Positions 1 through 13,054 of a stretch of 64,000 nucleotides of DNA are shown here, piece by piece; position 1 is the stretch's first letter, and each line of letters starts with the position of its first letter. A program made the position numbers and the translations under genes. A model generated the notes under the pieces. The model searched no databases and was not told the DNA's origin. It saw only the letters and a list, made by a program, of their open reading frames with translations. The stretch is from Raja brachyura (lineage: Eukaryota), in contig OY740801.1 in NCBI GenBank assembly GCA_963514005.1, positions 23,312,001-23,376,000 of the forward strand, in the 5' to 3' direction.

Positions 1-808
1 ATTAAAATCCCTCTTGTGCAGGAGGATTGAATGACACACTCAGGAGAACCACTGTGGACACATCTATAAATACAAGGTCAGGCATCAACTGTGTTTATCG
101 TTCACCATTTGAGCAAGTGGAACTCAGGGGATCAAACAAGTAGCAGTAACCACACCACCAGTGTCAATACAACTATAGTGACCATTGATTAAGTACAAGG
201 CAGCCTTGCCACCTGCCAGCATCTATAAAGCACACCCAGAGGTCAGAAACTCAAGCAAAAAATAAAACTGTTGGAGAAACTCAGAGGGTCAGTCTGTACG
301 AATGCCCTGACCCGAAATATTTGTCTGTCTTTTGCCCCCACAGATGCTGCCTGACCTGCTGAGTTCCTCCATCAGATTGATTTTGAAAATTCTTCTACAT
401 TAAGGACATCTCTCAAATAGAGAACAAGGAAAGAGGTTTCCTCAGATAATTATAGAAATTTTAAAAAATGACAGCACAGCAGAAAGAATTTTAGGGTAAG
501 TAACACATCCCACATATTAATTTTGTTCATAAAACGCACAGAACAAAATTAGATCAAATATATCTGATGGAGATATGCAACTGCAATCTTAATTCTCTTT
601 GGAAGTTAAACAAAGATGCTCATTTCAGACCAGGGCAAATTCAATCTGAAACGGGTTGCTGCACGCAATTATCATGAATCATGCAAGAGCTGGCTCCTGC
701 ATGCTATCCTGGATTAAAAGTGACCTCTGAGGCAGTGTATCGACCAAAACGTACAATGTATTCATGGAATACACTGCAAAAGATCTGACCACAGCAGTTC
801 TATAGTAT

Positions 809-934
809 TAAAGAAGGAACTGCAGATGCTGGAAAATCGAGGGTACACAAAATGTTGGAGAAACTTAACGGGTGCAGCAGCATCTATGGAGCAAAGCAAA
901 TAGGTAACATTTCGGGCCGAAACCCTTCTTCAGA
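809..934 (-). mobile_element. Penelope-terminus mini-element with hammerhead-like core
   Basis: Reverse complement CTGAAGAAGGGTTTCGGCCCGAAATGTT; TSD CTATAGTAT at 800-808 and 935-943. Confidence 0.8.
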
Positions 935-1393
935 CTATAGTATAGTTTGCTTGGTACCGCACTCCCTGAATATCTCATGTCTAGACACCTTGGTACTAGT
1001 CCACTCTTTCCTTGTACCCACTGACAGCTGATTTTCCAACATCACAAATACTTGACACCATTTGAGGGATGGGAATTGTCTACACTCTACAGGAAATCTA
1101 AATCTGTGTACAGGAAAATAAGTCTACAGGCGATGTAATATCCCTTACAATATATTCTGCTCTGGATCACCTTGACAGTAAGAACAGCTATGTCAGGGTG
1201 CAATTCATTAATTGCAGGTCAATCTTCAGCCCCATCGCACTAAAGCAGCTCATAGCGAACCTCCTGGGGACCTCCATCTGCAGATGGCTTCTGGACTGCC
1301 TGACCTGCAGACCTCGTTCAGTTAGAGTTAGTCGTAACATTTCCTCCACCCTGATGCTCAACACTGGTGCCCCTCAGGGTTGTGTGCCCTGCT

Positions 1394-1648
1394 TAGTTCA
1401 GAGATCCAACGTGGAAACAGGCCGTTCGTTCCTTTGAGTCCGTGCCGACCAGTGACCACCCGTACACTCGCTCCATCCTACACTCCAGGGACAATTTACA
1501 GAAGCCAATTAACCTGCACATCTTTGGCAGCCACAGGAAACCCATGCAGTCATGAGAATGTACAAACTCCGTACAGCCAGTACCCATTGTCAGGATCAAA
1601 CCGGGTCTCTGATGCTGTAAGGCAGCAACTCTACCGCTGAGCCACTGT
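1394..1648 (-). mobile_element. tRNA-derived SINE (same family)
   Basis: Reverse complement of the 7208 SINE. Confidence 0.8.
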
Positions 1649-2371
1649 GCTCTACTTTCTGTGCACCCATGATCGTGTAGCTGAGTATAACACCACCTTA
1701 ATCTTTAATTCTCTGATGGTACCATTGTTGTTGGCTGGGTTAACAAGTGATAGTACAGGAAGGAGGTTGGGAATCTTGTATCATGGTGTCAGACCTATCA
1801 CCCAATCCATAACATCAGCAAAGCAAAAAAGTTGGCCGCTGACCCAAATAAACCAGGGGAGATGGTGGATGATAACCCTGTTATCAACTGCGCTGCTGTG
1901 GAGATGACCGACAGCTTCACGTTCCTAGGCATTCATGTTACCAGCAACCTAACCTGGGCCTTTCATATTGATGTGGTGATCAAGCAAACAGAGCCCTTAC
2001 TTTCTTAGGTACGAGACAATTCGGCACGTTCATGATGATTCTCTTTAATAACTACCAATGTACTACAGAAATTATCCTGCCATCGTATCAGGAAGCCTAG
2101 CCATGGATGCCCAACACCCTGGCAATTCTCTTTTCTCTCTGTCACCTTCCGGGAGAAGATATGGGAGCCTGAAAGCCCAGACATCCAGTCTTGAGAACAG
2201 CTTCTTTCCCACTGTTATCCAACTCCTGAACCAATCACTCTTCACGTCGCTCTCCCAGAGGTGCACCTCTCCCTCATTTGTTTAGTCTGTTAATGCACTA
2301 CTTTAGATTGCACTACGATGTTCATACTATTCTGCTGCTTTGCATTCATGTTATTTACTATTTATAAGACA

Positions 2372-2650
2372 GCACAGCAGCGCAATGGTAGGGTTGCTAC
2401 TTTTCAGCGCCAGAGATCTGGGTTTGATCTTGACTAGTGTCTGTACGGAGATTATACGTTCTCCCTGTGACTCTAGGTTTTCTCCGGGTGCTCTGGTTTA
2501 CTCCAAGACATACCGGTTTGTATGTTAATTGAATTCTGTAAAATCGTTCTTAGTGTGTAGGATAGTGCTAGTGTACGGGGTGATCGCTGGTCATTGTGGA
2601 CTCAGTGGGCCAAAGGCCCGTTTCCACATTGTATCGCTAAAGTCTAAACT
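2372..2650 (+). mobile_element. tRNA-derived SINE (same family)
   Basis: Head, V-domain and tail match the 7208 copy. Confidence 0.8.
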
Positions 2651-4460
2651 ATTCTATTATCATATACACTGTTTACTCTGTGAGCTTCATGCTAAAAATA
2701 AATGTCATTGCACCCCAGTGTACACCACAAACTAGTTTGAATTTGATGCGAACACTCCCATCTCCAAGTACCCCGGCAAATCACTCGCCATCCTGACTTG
2801 GAAAGAATACATCCACTGGACATTGGTTTTACCGAGAACATACCCTGGAATGAATGAAAAACATTTCTAACCCTTGCTTAGCTCTATTTTTCTGGACTCA
2901 AGGAAAGCCAGCCAGTTCTGAAGTATTGAAAGTAGCAATCCAAACTCACCAGCACCCTGCACAGACTCGACCTTCTCCTCCATATACATGCTTAATTTCA
3001 GGTCTCGCCACACCAGTTCCTAAAGCTGCAAGCAGTAGCTAGGTCGCACGTTAATAGAACAGCCTGTATATAGTTTCCTTCCCCTCACTTGAATATTTCA
3101 TCAAGTATCGAAAATCAACTGCATGTAACATGCACTTCCTGTTTATGCACGGTGCCTCTTAAAACATACCATCACACCGAAACTAGTGAAAATAATTTAA
3201 CCAAATTCCATCTATGAGCAACACCCACTTGTATGTAAACTACATAACAAATTCAAAAGCAAACCGACTTGGAGTCCTTGTGTAAACAATTCAGGTAAAT
3301 TCTCAGTCAACTGAAATGTGATCACGGGAATGTAGATTAGCAGAGTCCAAATAAATTCCGTCAGGCGAATGCTTCAAATGGTGCTTAAACTTGACTTTAT
3401 GAACTTGAAATGAAGGCCCCTGCAAATTCACACCAAACATGATTAAGCACAAATTTCCTATTGCGACAGGATCGCTATTAATCATCTATTTAAAGTTATT
3501 TAATTTCAGTTACACCCCCAGCATCATATCCTTTTGGTTCCATGGTATTTGTTCCACATTTGTTTTGTCAGTAACTAATTTCTACATAATTGCAGATGAA
3601 CAGACGATTCATAGTTACAACTGAATTGAAGGACTGCATGGTTTTGCTCTGGGCAGAATATCACAAATTCAGGCACCCTTGAGATTTATGGCTCTCCAAA
3701 GGTTTACTGATAAATTTTCCATATCACCAGTGCCCTTCAGCACTGGGTGGAGATAAACAATGTCAGCAGCAAGGATAAGGGAAGATTTATACACAAGTGT
3801 AGACAGTATAAACAGGACTTATCTGTTGCATCTGAAACATACAGAATCATGCATTTAAAACTTGACATTACCTGGACAGAGGTTGTATTGATTCTGGGAG
3901 CGATCCAATTTGCATGACAGTGACAAGATAACCACAGGGAATGGCCATGTGGCCCATCATTATTTAACCATCTACAATGACTATACAGCATCCGAATGCT
4001 GTTTAAATGATTCGAAAGATTTGTTTATACCAGCAACCTGTACAGGTGTTTATTTTATAAACATTCACTCAAGGAAAGCTACACACCATCAACTCCAAAG
4101 TCATTTCTTTGCTTGCTACAGTTTGATCTCCTTCACTGGGTCCACTTCCACATACACTACCTTTATAAATCACCAAGTTCACTTAAACACTCCTGGAAAG
4201 CGGTCTCTCTAAAATCTATCCCCACTTCCCCATCAGCAATCGAGGAATGAAACGACATCTGCACACCCAGCTGAAGCTGGTGTGTGCCACTATAATTCCA
4301 TTCCAGAGAAACAACAGCACTTCAGATTGTGCAAGGCATTTTGTCACAACAGTAACCCAGAGAATACATTTAGATTTATTATTGTCATGTTTCCGAGGTA
4401 CTGTGAAATGCTTTTCCTTTACATGCGATATAATTTCAGTTTCCATTTAGCTCTTATCTT

Positions 4461-4483
4461 GGGGGGGGGGGGGGGGGGGGGGG
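4461..4483. repeat. Poly-G run (others at ~29513, ~36529, ~62139)
   Basis: G homopolymer of 20 nt or more. Confidence 0.9.
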
Positions 4484-5016
4484 AGAGAAGAGTTGGAGAA
4501 TTCAAATTCAGCTTTGCTTCAAACTTACAATTAAAAACAATTAATAGAAGTAGCTTGGATTAAGATGCCCTAATGCTCGAGTGGTTCAGTAGTGGCAGGG
4601 GGGTGGGAACAGCACAAATTTCCAGGTCAGTGTTCCATGTCCTACACATATGCGAGGATCTTCACCTGCCCTCCGATCTCCCAACCAATGTTGGTAATTT
4701 CCAGAGACAGCAGGGAGGAACTATACATACTGGCCTTGTCACCAGCACCTACATGCTAAAAGATTAAACAAACATAGCAAGTGTACCAGATTAACTGATT
4801 GCACAAGGTGTCAGAATAAAGTCATTTGTATGAATCACATGATGTGTACATTACAATACAAAGTAGTTTTAGTTTAGTTTACATAATTTAGAGATACAGC
4901 ATGGAAACTGGCCATTCAGCCCACCAAGTCCATACTGACCAATGATCACCTGTGGATGTGGATGTGCAAATGTAACGCTGCAACTCACTTCCACCTCCGC
5001 AACTGCAACTGCGACT

Positions 5017-5328
5017 GGGGCAGCACAGTGGCACAGCAGGTAGAGTCGCTGCCTCAGTGCCATCGACCCGGGTCCAATCCGGACCTTTGGTGCGATGTGG
5101 AATTTGCACGTTTGCCCTGTGGCTATGTTGGTTTCCTGCAGGTGCTCCAGCTTCCTCCTATTTCCCCAAAGACATGCAAGTTTGTGGGTTAATTGGCCTC
5201 TGTAAATTGTCCCAAGTGTGTGGTCAGTTAATGGGAAAGTGGGATAACAACTGCTGTGAATGGGTGATTGATAGTTGGCATGGACCCAATGAGTTGAATC
5301 CTATATCTTCATGCTATATCTTCAATCA
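5017..5328 (+). mobile_element. tRNA-derived SINE
   Basis: GGGGCAGCACAGTGGCACAGCAGG head; V-domain; (CAAT)n tail. Confidence 0.75.
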
Positions 5329-7207
5329 ATTAGGGGTAACCAACAGACACTGATCAAGCCATTGATCCACAAATCCAGGTATAATGAATAAAAGTAGATA
5401 ATTTTGGATAGCTCCACAAATCCATTTCTCTGCTACTTCCTTCAAACTGAAATGCTCAGTTTAATTACCTTACTCCAAAATATTGCCCATTACTCTCTGG
5501 GTGCAATCACTGAAGGTCACCAAGCAGCAGAAGCTGAGGCCACAAGTCTCTGAATATCGGATGGTAGCTACCGCAGCCCCAAATCAACCACTCAAGACTA
5601 CAATTCGGAAGTAGCCATCACCCAAATTATTTATTAAAAATCCCTCCTGGAACAGCCACACTATCAATTTCATCGCAAGTTCTCTTGCACTAAATGTATC
5701 TGTGCACTGTGGACAGCATGATTGGAATCATGTATAGTCTTTTCTTTGGATGACACGCAACAAAAACAAGTTTTTCACTGTACCTCAGTACACATGACAA
5801 TAAACCAAATGAAACAATTCTCAAAATTTAACACAACCATGAACATTGGCAACACTTTTTTTTAATCAAAGTTAAAGTTCTGCAACTTTTCCCAAAGTAG
5901 CTTTCATGTTAAGCTATGTGCCAAGAACCCGTTTATAGCTCCATTCACTTATATGGAAATTAATATAAACAAATCTGTTGAAGGGAAAAGGCAGACATGC
6001 CGTTTTATTTTTTAATGACCTACAGCAGCACTGCTTTGTAAACATGGGAAACCAGCTGAGCAAGAATATTTAATGCAAGTACGGACAGCGTTGCCCGAGG
6101 TCCCTGCACAAACAAACAAGTCTCAAGGGCAACAATGTCCACAGGTCGAAGCACCAATCAGCACCTGAAGAATATGTCAGTCAAACCGAGTTAGCAAGTC
6201 ACCAAAGTGCTGCCACCAGCTGGATGGAAACAGTTTTGCCACTACCCTTTTCTTCCCTCTCCCTTGTACCACAGCTCCTGGGTTAACTCTCTTGGTTCTT
6301 GGTCCTTCAAAATATTCCAACTGGAATTTAAACTGGAGGTGGTGAAGGGAGGGGTTTAGCCAGAGAGGGTTATTGGGAAGAAAGTGCCACTTTAAATTTA
6401 GTTGCATCTGGCTGGGCAACCGTGGCTTGGTGGTACATTGTGTTGCCGTTATACTTTGCATCATGAGGCTGTGTCAGCCCAGACCTGCTGGAAGAGTGGA
6501 GTGCTCTCAGCTGCCATCGCATCACTGCACACAAATGCTTCTCAGTGTATGTTAGAAAATGATTGGGGAAACAATGAAGGTGCTATATAGTCAGAACTAG
6601 AAACATTTATAATGGGGAACAAAGAAATGCTAGAACAATAAAGACTTACTCTGGTTCCGTCTTCACTGAAGGAGACAATAACTTCCCAGAAAGATTAGGG
6701 AATGAAGTTTAACGAAGAGGAGGGATTGGAGTTGTTATTAGCCTCGCTTGGCAGGGTGCAGCCTGTAGCACACATTGCACCGATCACTGGCCCGTCCAAC
6801 ACCAGTCTCTGCACATCACGCCCTGGACCAATCAATGTTACTGGAGCATCAGTGGAGGGCAGGGGCTCGCTGAAGTCTCCACACATAACCTTGTGCAGCC
6901 TGCACATGTACATTCTACATCGAGAGGCATGGTCTCAAGCTTTTGGATACGAGGACAGAGAGCTCTAGAACTAGTTAGCACTGCGGGTATCATTTTAAGC
7001 AGGGTCCAATGTATAACAAAACAATGGAATAAGCACTGCTGGAGGAAGCATACACCACATCATTTACACAAACAATGCAGGGAAGCATTCAAAGCGGATA
7101 GAATGTTGGAGGACGGTTTCGGTTTATTATTGTCCCGTGTATAGAGGAACAGTGAAAAGCTGTTTTGCATACTGTACAATCAAATCAGATAACACTATAT
7201 GTGAATA

Positions 7208-7514
7208 CGGTGGCGCAGTGATAGAGCTGCTGCCTTACAGCGCCAGAGACCCGCGTTCAATCCCGACTACGGGTGCTGTCTGTATGGAGTTTGTACGTTC
7301 TCCCCGTGACTGTATGGGTTCTCACCGAGATCTTTGGTTTCATCCTATTCTCCAAAGACGTAGAGGTCTGTAGGTTAATTGGCTTGGTATAAATGTAAAA
7401 ATCGTTCCTAATGTGTGTAGGGTAGGTAGTGTTAATGTGCGGGGATCGCTGGTCGGAGCAGAATCGGTGGGCCAAAGAGCCCGTTTCCACGCTGTATCTC
7501 TAAACTAAAACTAA
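7208..7514 (+). mobile_element. tRNA-derived SINE (HE1/V-SINE-like)
   Basis: A box TGGCGCAGTGA, B box GTTCAATCC, V-domain-like GTATGGAGTTTGTACGTTCTCCCCGTG, tail GTATCTC(TAAAC)n. Confidence 0.85.
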
Positions 7515-7581
7515 TCAAGCGAAACTCGAGCACAATAGAGCAAAGACAAAGATAAAGTGTGTAGAATATAGTTTTCAGCAT

Positions 7582-7742
7582 CGACACAAAATGCTGGAGT
7601 AATTCAGCGGGTCAGTTTGAAGAAGGGTCTCAACCCGAAATGGCACCCATTCCTTCTCTCCAGAGATGCTGCCTGACCCACTGAGTTACTCCAGCATTTT
7701 ATGTCCACCTTCGATTTAAACATCTGCAGTTCTTTCCGAAAC
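7582..7742 (+). mobile_element. Penelope-terminus mini-element with inverted 5' segment
   Basis: Inverted arms (atgctggagtaattcagcgggtcag / ctgacccactgagttactccagcat); TSD AGTT(T/C)TCAGCAT at 7570-7581 and 7743-7754. Confidence 0.78.
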
Positions 7743-9222
7743 AGTTCTCAGCATTGTAGCTTAACAGTTCCAGAGGAAAAGTCCAATGGGCTCAGTGAAG
7801 TAGGGTGGAGAATGGGGACTGTACCTTACCTTGATTAGAGGGGGGGGAGAAAACTGTTCTCGAGTCTTGTGGTGCACACCATTTTCTGGCCGATGGGAGC
7901 AGGGAGAAGGAATGACCAGGGTGGGAAAGTATCCTGGGGTAGTAAAGGAACTGGTGCATCTTCATGGCTGTTGCTTCAATGTGGTTCGTAATATTTACCC
8001 AAAGAACTTAAAGCTCTCAATCATTTCCACTTTGGCACCATTGACGCTGATTGGGGCATGTACTCCATGGAGCTCCTACATCCTGCTGACATTGATGGAG
8101 AGGTTATTGTCCTGACACCAGGATATTAAGCTCTATCTCATTCCTGTACTCAGTCTTGATATTTTTTTGTGAACCAGCCCACCAGTGCAAACATTTAGAT
8201 AGAATTAAAGCCAGATTTGGCAGCACAATGTGTATAGGGAGTAAAGTAAGGGACTGAGAACACCACCACCTTGATGCACCAGTGTTGAGGATTGTTGTGA
8301 AGGATGCGTTGTCACCTATGCTCACCGATTGGGTCAGAGTTGAAAGCTCAAAAATCCAATGGCAGAGGGGGGGAAACGGATTCCTAGGTCCAGATGTTCG
8401 GAGATATGTTTTGATGCAATTATAGTGTTGAAGGCAGAGCTATAGTTAATGTCTAATGCAGGTGTCCTTGTTTAGGTGTTCCAGAGACTAGTTTAGGGCT
8501 GCTGTGGACCTGTTGCGACAGTAGGCAAACTGAATGGATCAAAGTTGCCTGTGATGCTGGAGTTAATGTGGGCCATCAGCAGTTGACGCACTTTATGATG
8601 GCGAATGTAAGAGCTACCTGGCAGTAGTCATTAAGGTAGCTACCTTCATTGGTATCGGGACAATAGCGGTCTTCTAAAATGTGTGACTATGTAAAATAAG
8701 ATGGTGACTTCAGAAGGGATCGGTGAGAGATTCAAGATGTCCTTGATCACCTCTGCCAGCTGATCCGCACGTCTTGAGGATGTGACATGAGTCTCCATCC
8801 AGATCAGCAAGATAAACCAGTGGAGCAGTTACCAGTCGTAGCACCAACGCTACCTTGCCATGTTATACAATGAGAACAACGGGTTGTGAAAACAATTCTG
8901 TCAGTCTTTCCACGATCACTAACACTCAATTTGAGCAGAGAAAACGCCCATTTAACATTTCCATAAATGTCCACTGCAACAGCGAAGTAGCTTTTCTGTG
9001 CTGATTAGATCCAGTGCTTTGATCTAGTATCAATAGCAAACTCACAACTTCCTGCACCAAGCACAGGCCAAACCTAACTGACCACCAAGGTCAGAAATAG
9101 AACTTTGCAGCAACATGTGCTTGTGACATTTCTTGCACAATTCCTAATTGACCCACTGAAAATCAAACACAAACAAAACACCCAAGGTGATATTTTGATG
9201 TGACAATCAATCGTACACTTGC

Positions 9223-9314
9223 CTCAAAGCAATTGAAGTCCTCAAACCCGTCAGAACAGGGTAGTGTATCATCTTCATTTCCAAATCCAGCATCATAGTT
9301 CTGGCTGTCAGTAT
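9223..9314 (-). CDS. RAB11FIP3: RAB11FIP3 coding exon 3, 92 bp, GC-type donor
   Basis: Acceptor ttttgtacctgcag|AT, phase 1. Encodes (D)TDSQNYDAGFGNEDDTLPCSDGFEDFNCFE, similar to human DPDGQCYGGVASAQDEEPLACPDEFDDFVTYE. Followed by GAG|gcaagt. Confidence 0.82.
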
Positions 9315-9561
9315 CTGCAGGTACAAAAGTAAACACATAAACACCCTCAAATTGATCACGCAGGACAGATGCATACCATGACCACATTTACAAGAAAAAT
9401 GAATTTTCACACTCATTCATGCACAAACTGATCACATTTAATAAAGTCAATAATATTTGAGATCTAAGAGCAACTGCTGATGTGGCCATACTAACACATA
9501 AACATTACCACCCATCAGTCCAGTCAATCCTATTATTACAATTAAAGAAAGCCTTATCTAT

Positions 9562-9955
9562 ATCATCATCATCGGCGGTCACTCGAAACGAGTATGACTG
9601 TCCTCTCATGGAGGATGCCTGTGCGTGACTTTGTTTAACGTGGGGAGACTGGTGCAGACAGCCACCACACAATCCTTGACAGATCTGGATCAGAATCCAG
9701 TGCCATGGAATCCAAGACGACCGGGGACCCTTTCCTGCTGCAGCCTTCATTCGCTTTCCCAGCCGTTGTGACACTCCACTAAAGTCAGCCATCCTCCTCC
9801 GCCTGTTCCACCATTGAGGTCTTGGTTGGATTGCTCTTTGTCAGAGACCTCCCCCTCGACCTTACCACCATGGGTGACCCTACAAGGAGCATAGCTCCAG
9901 TCAGCATCGCTCCCAGGATCTCAGGACCACCACGACAAGGTGACAATCCATGGAA
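9562..9955 (-). mobile_element. RTE-clade (Rex3/Expander-like) bipartite non-autonomous element
   Basis: The minus strand starts with RTE 5'UTR-like CACCTTGTCGTGGTGG...GGAGCTATGC...TAGGGTCACCCATGG and ends in a (GAT)n tail; no ORF. Confidence 0.6.
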
Positions 9956-10224
9956 ATTCAATATAGACTTTAAGGCACTTAACGAGGTCTCGCGTGGTAG
10001 GCTTTCTTACCATTATCTATTGTGTGGCCATCTACAGGGAGTTATGGATTTGTCCCACAAGATCCAACTGTACATCAATGCTGTTAAGGTTCTCATTATA
10101 AACTTTACACTTTCCCTTTGCATTCAACCTCCCAAAGTGCAACACCTCACATTTGCCAGATGAAAATAATTCTGCCATTTTGCCACCCTTATCCATAACT
10201 GATCTATATCCTGCTTCATCCTTT

Positions 10225-10480
10225 TCATTGTCGGTATTACTCGTTATCACCTAGCCCACTGCCAACAATGGACCATTCTGGGCTCCACCTTTTCTTGATC
10301 TTTAATCTACTTGTTCTATATCTCCCATTTCCCTTTCCCGTGACTCTCAGTCTGAAGAAGGGTCTCGACCCAAAATGCCACCTATTCTTTTTCTCCAGAG
10401 TTGCCGCCTGACCCGCTGAGTAACTCCAGCTTTTTGCATCTATCTTTGGTTTAAACCAGCATTTGCAGTTCCTTCCCACA
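10225..10480 (+). mobile_element. Penelope-terminus mini-element
   Basis: CTGAAGAAGGGTCTCGACCCAAAATG core; 14-bp TSD CTGCTTCATCCTTT at 10211-10224 and 10481-10494. Confidence 0.85.
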
Positions 10481-10779
10481 CTGCTTCATCCTTTGACAAT
10501 CTTCTTCACGGTCCCCAATTGGACCAACTTTAGCGTTACCTGCAAATATATTAACCACCCAATCTACATTTACATCCACTGCTGTCTTCTAGGTTGTAGG
10601 CCAACTCTAAATCCAAACTATCAGGTCACCCTGGATCCCATACATATTTATTGGATCACATATATTCTGGATCAGCGCACCTTGAGGAACCTTGTCAAAT
10701 GTCTTAAAGTGCACACAGACATCCATGGCCCGCCCCCTAATCACTTTTATCATCTCAAAAGATGCAGTCCAGTGTCATA

Positions 10780-12390
10780 CAGTGCATTCAGAAAGTATTC
10801 AGACCCCTTCACATTTCCCACATTTTGTTATGTTACAGCCTTATTCTAAAATGGATTAAATTATTATATTTTTATCATCAATCTACACACAATACCTCAT
10901 AAAATAAAAGTAAAACAGGTGTTTAGAATTTTTTGCAAAGTAATAAAAAAGATAACTGAAATATCACATTTATATAAGTATTCAGACCCTTTGCTATGAC
11001 ACTCAAAATGAGGGCTTTGGTACATCCTGTTCCCATTGATTATCCTTGAGATGTTTCTACAACTTGATTGGATTCCACCAGTGGTAACTAAAATTGATTG
11101 TACATGATTTGGAAAGGCACACACCTGTCTCTATAAGGTCCCGCAGTTGACAGTGCATGTCAGAGCAAAAATCAAGCCATGAAGACTAAGGAATTGTCCG
11201 TAGACCTTCAAGACAGGATTGTGTCGAGACACAGTTCTGGGGAAATGTATACAATAATTTCTGCAGCATTGCCGGTCCCAAAGACCACAATGGCTTCCAT
11301 CATTCTTAAATGGAAGAACTTTGAACCCACCAGGACTCTTCTTAGAGCTGGCCGTCAGGCCAAACTGAGCAATCAGGGGAGAAGGGCCTTGGTCAGGGAG
11401 TTGACCAAGAACCCGATGGTCACTCTTTCAGAGCTCCAGAGTTCCTCTGTGGAGATGGGAGAAATTTCCAGAAGGACAATTATATCTGCAGCACTCCACC
11501 AATCAAGCCTTTATGGTAGAATGGCCAGACGGAAGCCACTCCTCAGTAAAAGGCACATGACAGCCTGCTTGGAGTTTGCCAAAAGGCACCTAAACAAGAT
11601 TCTCTAGTCTGATGAAACCAAGATTGAACTCTTTGGCCTGAATGCCAAGTGTCACGTCTGGAGGAAACCAGGCACCGCTCATCACCTGGCCAATACCATA
11701 CCAACGGTGAAGCTTGGTGGTGTCTAGCATCATGCTGTGGGAATGTTTTTCCAGCGGCAGAAACTGGGAGACTAGTCAGGATCGAGGGAAAGATGAACGG
11801 AGCAAAGTACAGAGAGATCCTTGATAAAAACCTGCTCCAGAGCATTCAGGACCTCAGACTGGGGCAGAGGTTCACCTTCCAACAGGACAACGACCCTAAG
11901 CACACAGCCAAGACAACGCAGGAGTGGCTTTATGACAAGTCTGTGAATGTCCTTGAGTGGCCCTTGAGTGGCCCAGCCAGAGCCCGGACTTGAACCCGAT
12001 TGAATATCTCTGGAGGGACCTGAAAATAGCTGTGCATCGACGCTCCTCATCCAACCTGACAGAGCTTGAGAGGATCTGCAGAGACGAATTGGAGAAATTA
12101 CCCAAAAACAGCTGTGCCAAGCTTGTAGTCATACCCAAGAAGACTTGAGGCTGTAATTGCTGCCAAAGGTGCCTCAAAGTACTGTGTAAAGGGTCTGAAA
12201 ACTTATGTAAATGTGGTATTTCAGTTATATCTTTTTAATTACTTTGCAAAAATTTCTAAACACCTGTTTTTGCTTTTTTATTATGGGGTATTGTGTATAG
12301 ATTGATGATTTAAAAAAATATAATCCATTTTAGAATAAGGCTGTAACGTAACAAAATGTGAAGGGATGTGAATACTTTCTGAATGCACTG
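10780..12390 (+). mobile_element. Tc1 DNA transposon (DD34E, ~200-bp IR/DR TIRs), full-length but decayed
   Basis: TA|CAGTGCATTCAGAAAGTATTCA...TGAATACTTTCTGAATGCACTG|TA. Transposase starts at 11179 (MKTKELSVDLQDRIV..., ARRKPLL, SDETK, QQDNDPKH, WPSQSPDLNPIE) and carries stops and frameshifts. Confidence 0.97.
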
Positions 12391-12789
12391 TACATGCTCT
12401 GCCCCAGAGACTTTAAGATTTTGCCTTCCATCACAGTGAGGTGTTTGGCGGAACTCACTGTGGTGGATGTTAAATTTGAGTTTGTGTGTTTTTGTCATTT
12501 TTATTATATGTATGACTGCAATGGTAATTTTCGGTCCTTCACAGAAAACATGCTTGCATCAATCTGTAGTGTGCATGGTCCAGGATATATTGACACCGGT
12601 TGATCATTTGCCGAATAATCCAACCACATTTTTGTTTGGAAGTGGAACGAACTAATAGAAATTGCAATATGTAAAAAGAGTTGAGATATTGTATTATAAT
12701 TTTGCTGCATGTCATTGTGGTATATATCGTGTCTTGATTGGTGAATATGTTTAGTTTGTGAGTTATTTGAAGCAGAAATAATATGCGAA

Positions 12790-12888
12790 TGTAGACAAAA
12801 GTGCTGGAGAAACTCAGCGGATGCGGCAGCATCTATGGAGCGAAGGAAATAGGCAACGTTTCGGGCCAAAACCCTTCTTCAGACTGAT
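12790..12888 (-). mobile_element. Penelope-terminus mini-element with near-intact hammerhead-like core
   Basis: Reverse complement CAGTCTGAAGAAGGGTTTTGGCCCGAAACGTTGCC. Confidence 0.8.
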
Positions 12889-13054
12889 GGCATTTGGCAA
12901 GCTAAAAAGCTGTCAAGGTTGCCCAGCTGGCAACGGGGAAAAAAATGTTAAGCGAAAGCCCTGTACTACCTGCAGTTGTGATAGATGATCTATCTGAAGC
13001 TGCTGATAGATATCCACAAGAGTCGGACTGAACACTGAGCAGGATCACAAGACA

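Larger units (their letters stand above)
1105..2745 (+). mobile_element. Old Rex1/Babar fragment with two nested SINEs
   Basis: [10 protein letters not shown] and LSPSGRRYGSLKA...ENSFFP remnants, heavily frameshifted. Confidence 0.8.
7113..8800 (-). mobile_element. Old Rex1/Babar fragment with nested SINE and Penelope mini-element
   Basis: 3' tail (tttattattgtc...cagtgaaaagc) at 7113; RT remnant ILNTGA at ~8270-8290; degenerate YxPVALT at ~8600-8630. Confidence 0.7.

Noticed and set aside
7208-7280. tRNA gene
   Set aside because: The A/B boxes belong to a SINE head that continues into a V-domain and LINE-like tail; there are many degenerate copies.
1-9222. RAB11FIP3 exon 4 (ANEVTDSAYMGSES-like)
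   Set aside because: Searched by eye on the minus strand and not found; probably outside the window.
11179-12148. Active Tc1 transposase
   Set aside because: In-frame stops, a deletion before the first catalytic Asp and an 11-bp duplication (CCTTGAGTGGC, ~11951) break the frame.
12530-12963. hAT-like element ending in ...AGCGAAAGCCCTG
   Set aside because: Only one CAGGG-type terminus is visible, with no partner TIR or TSD, so it is not reported as a feature.
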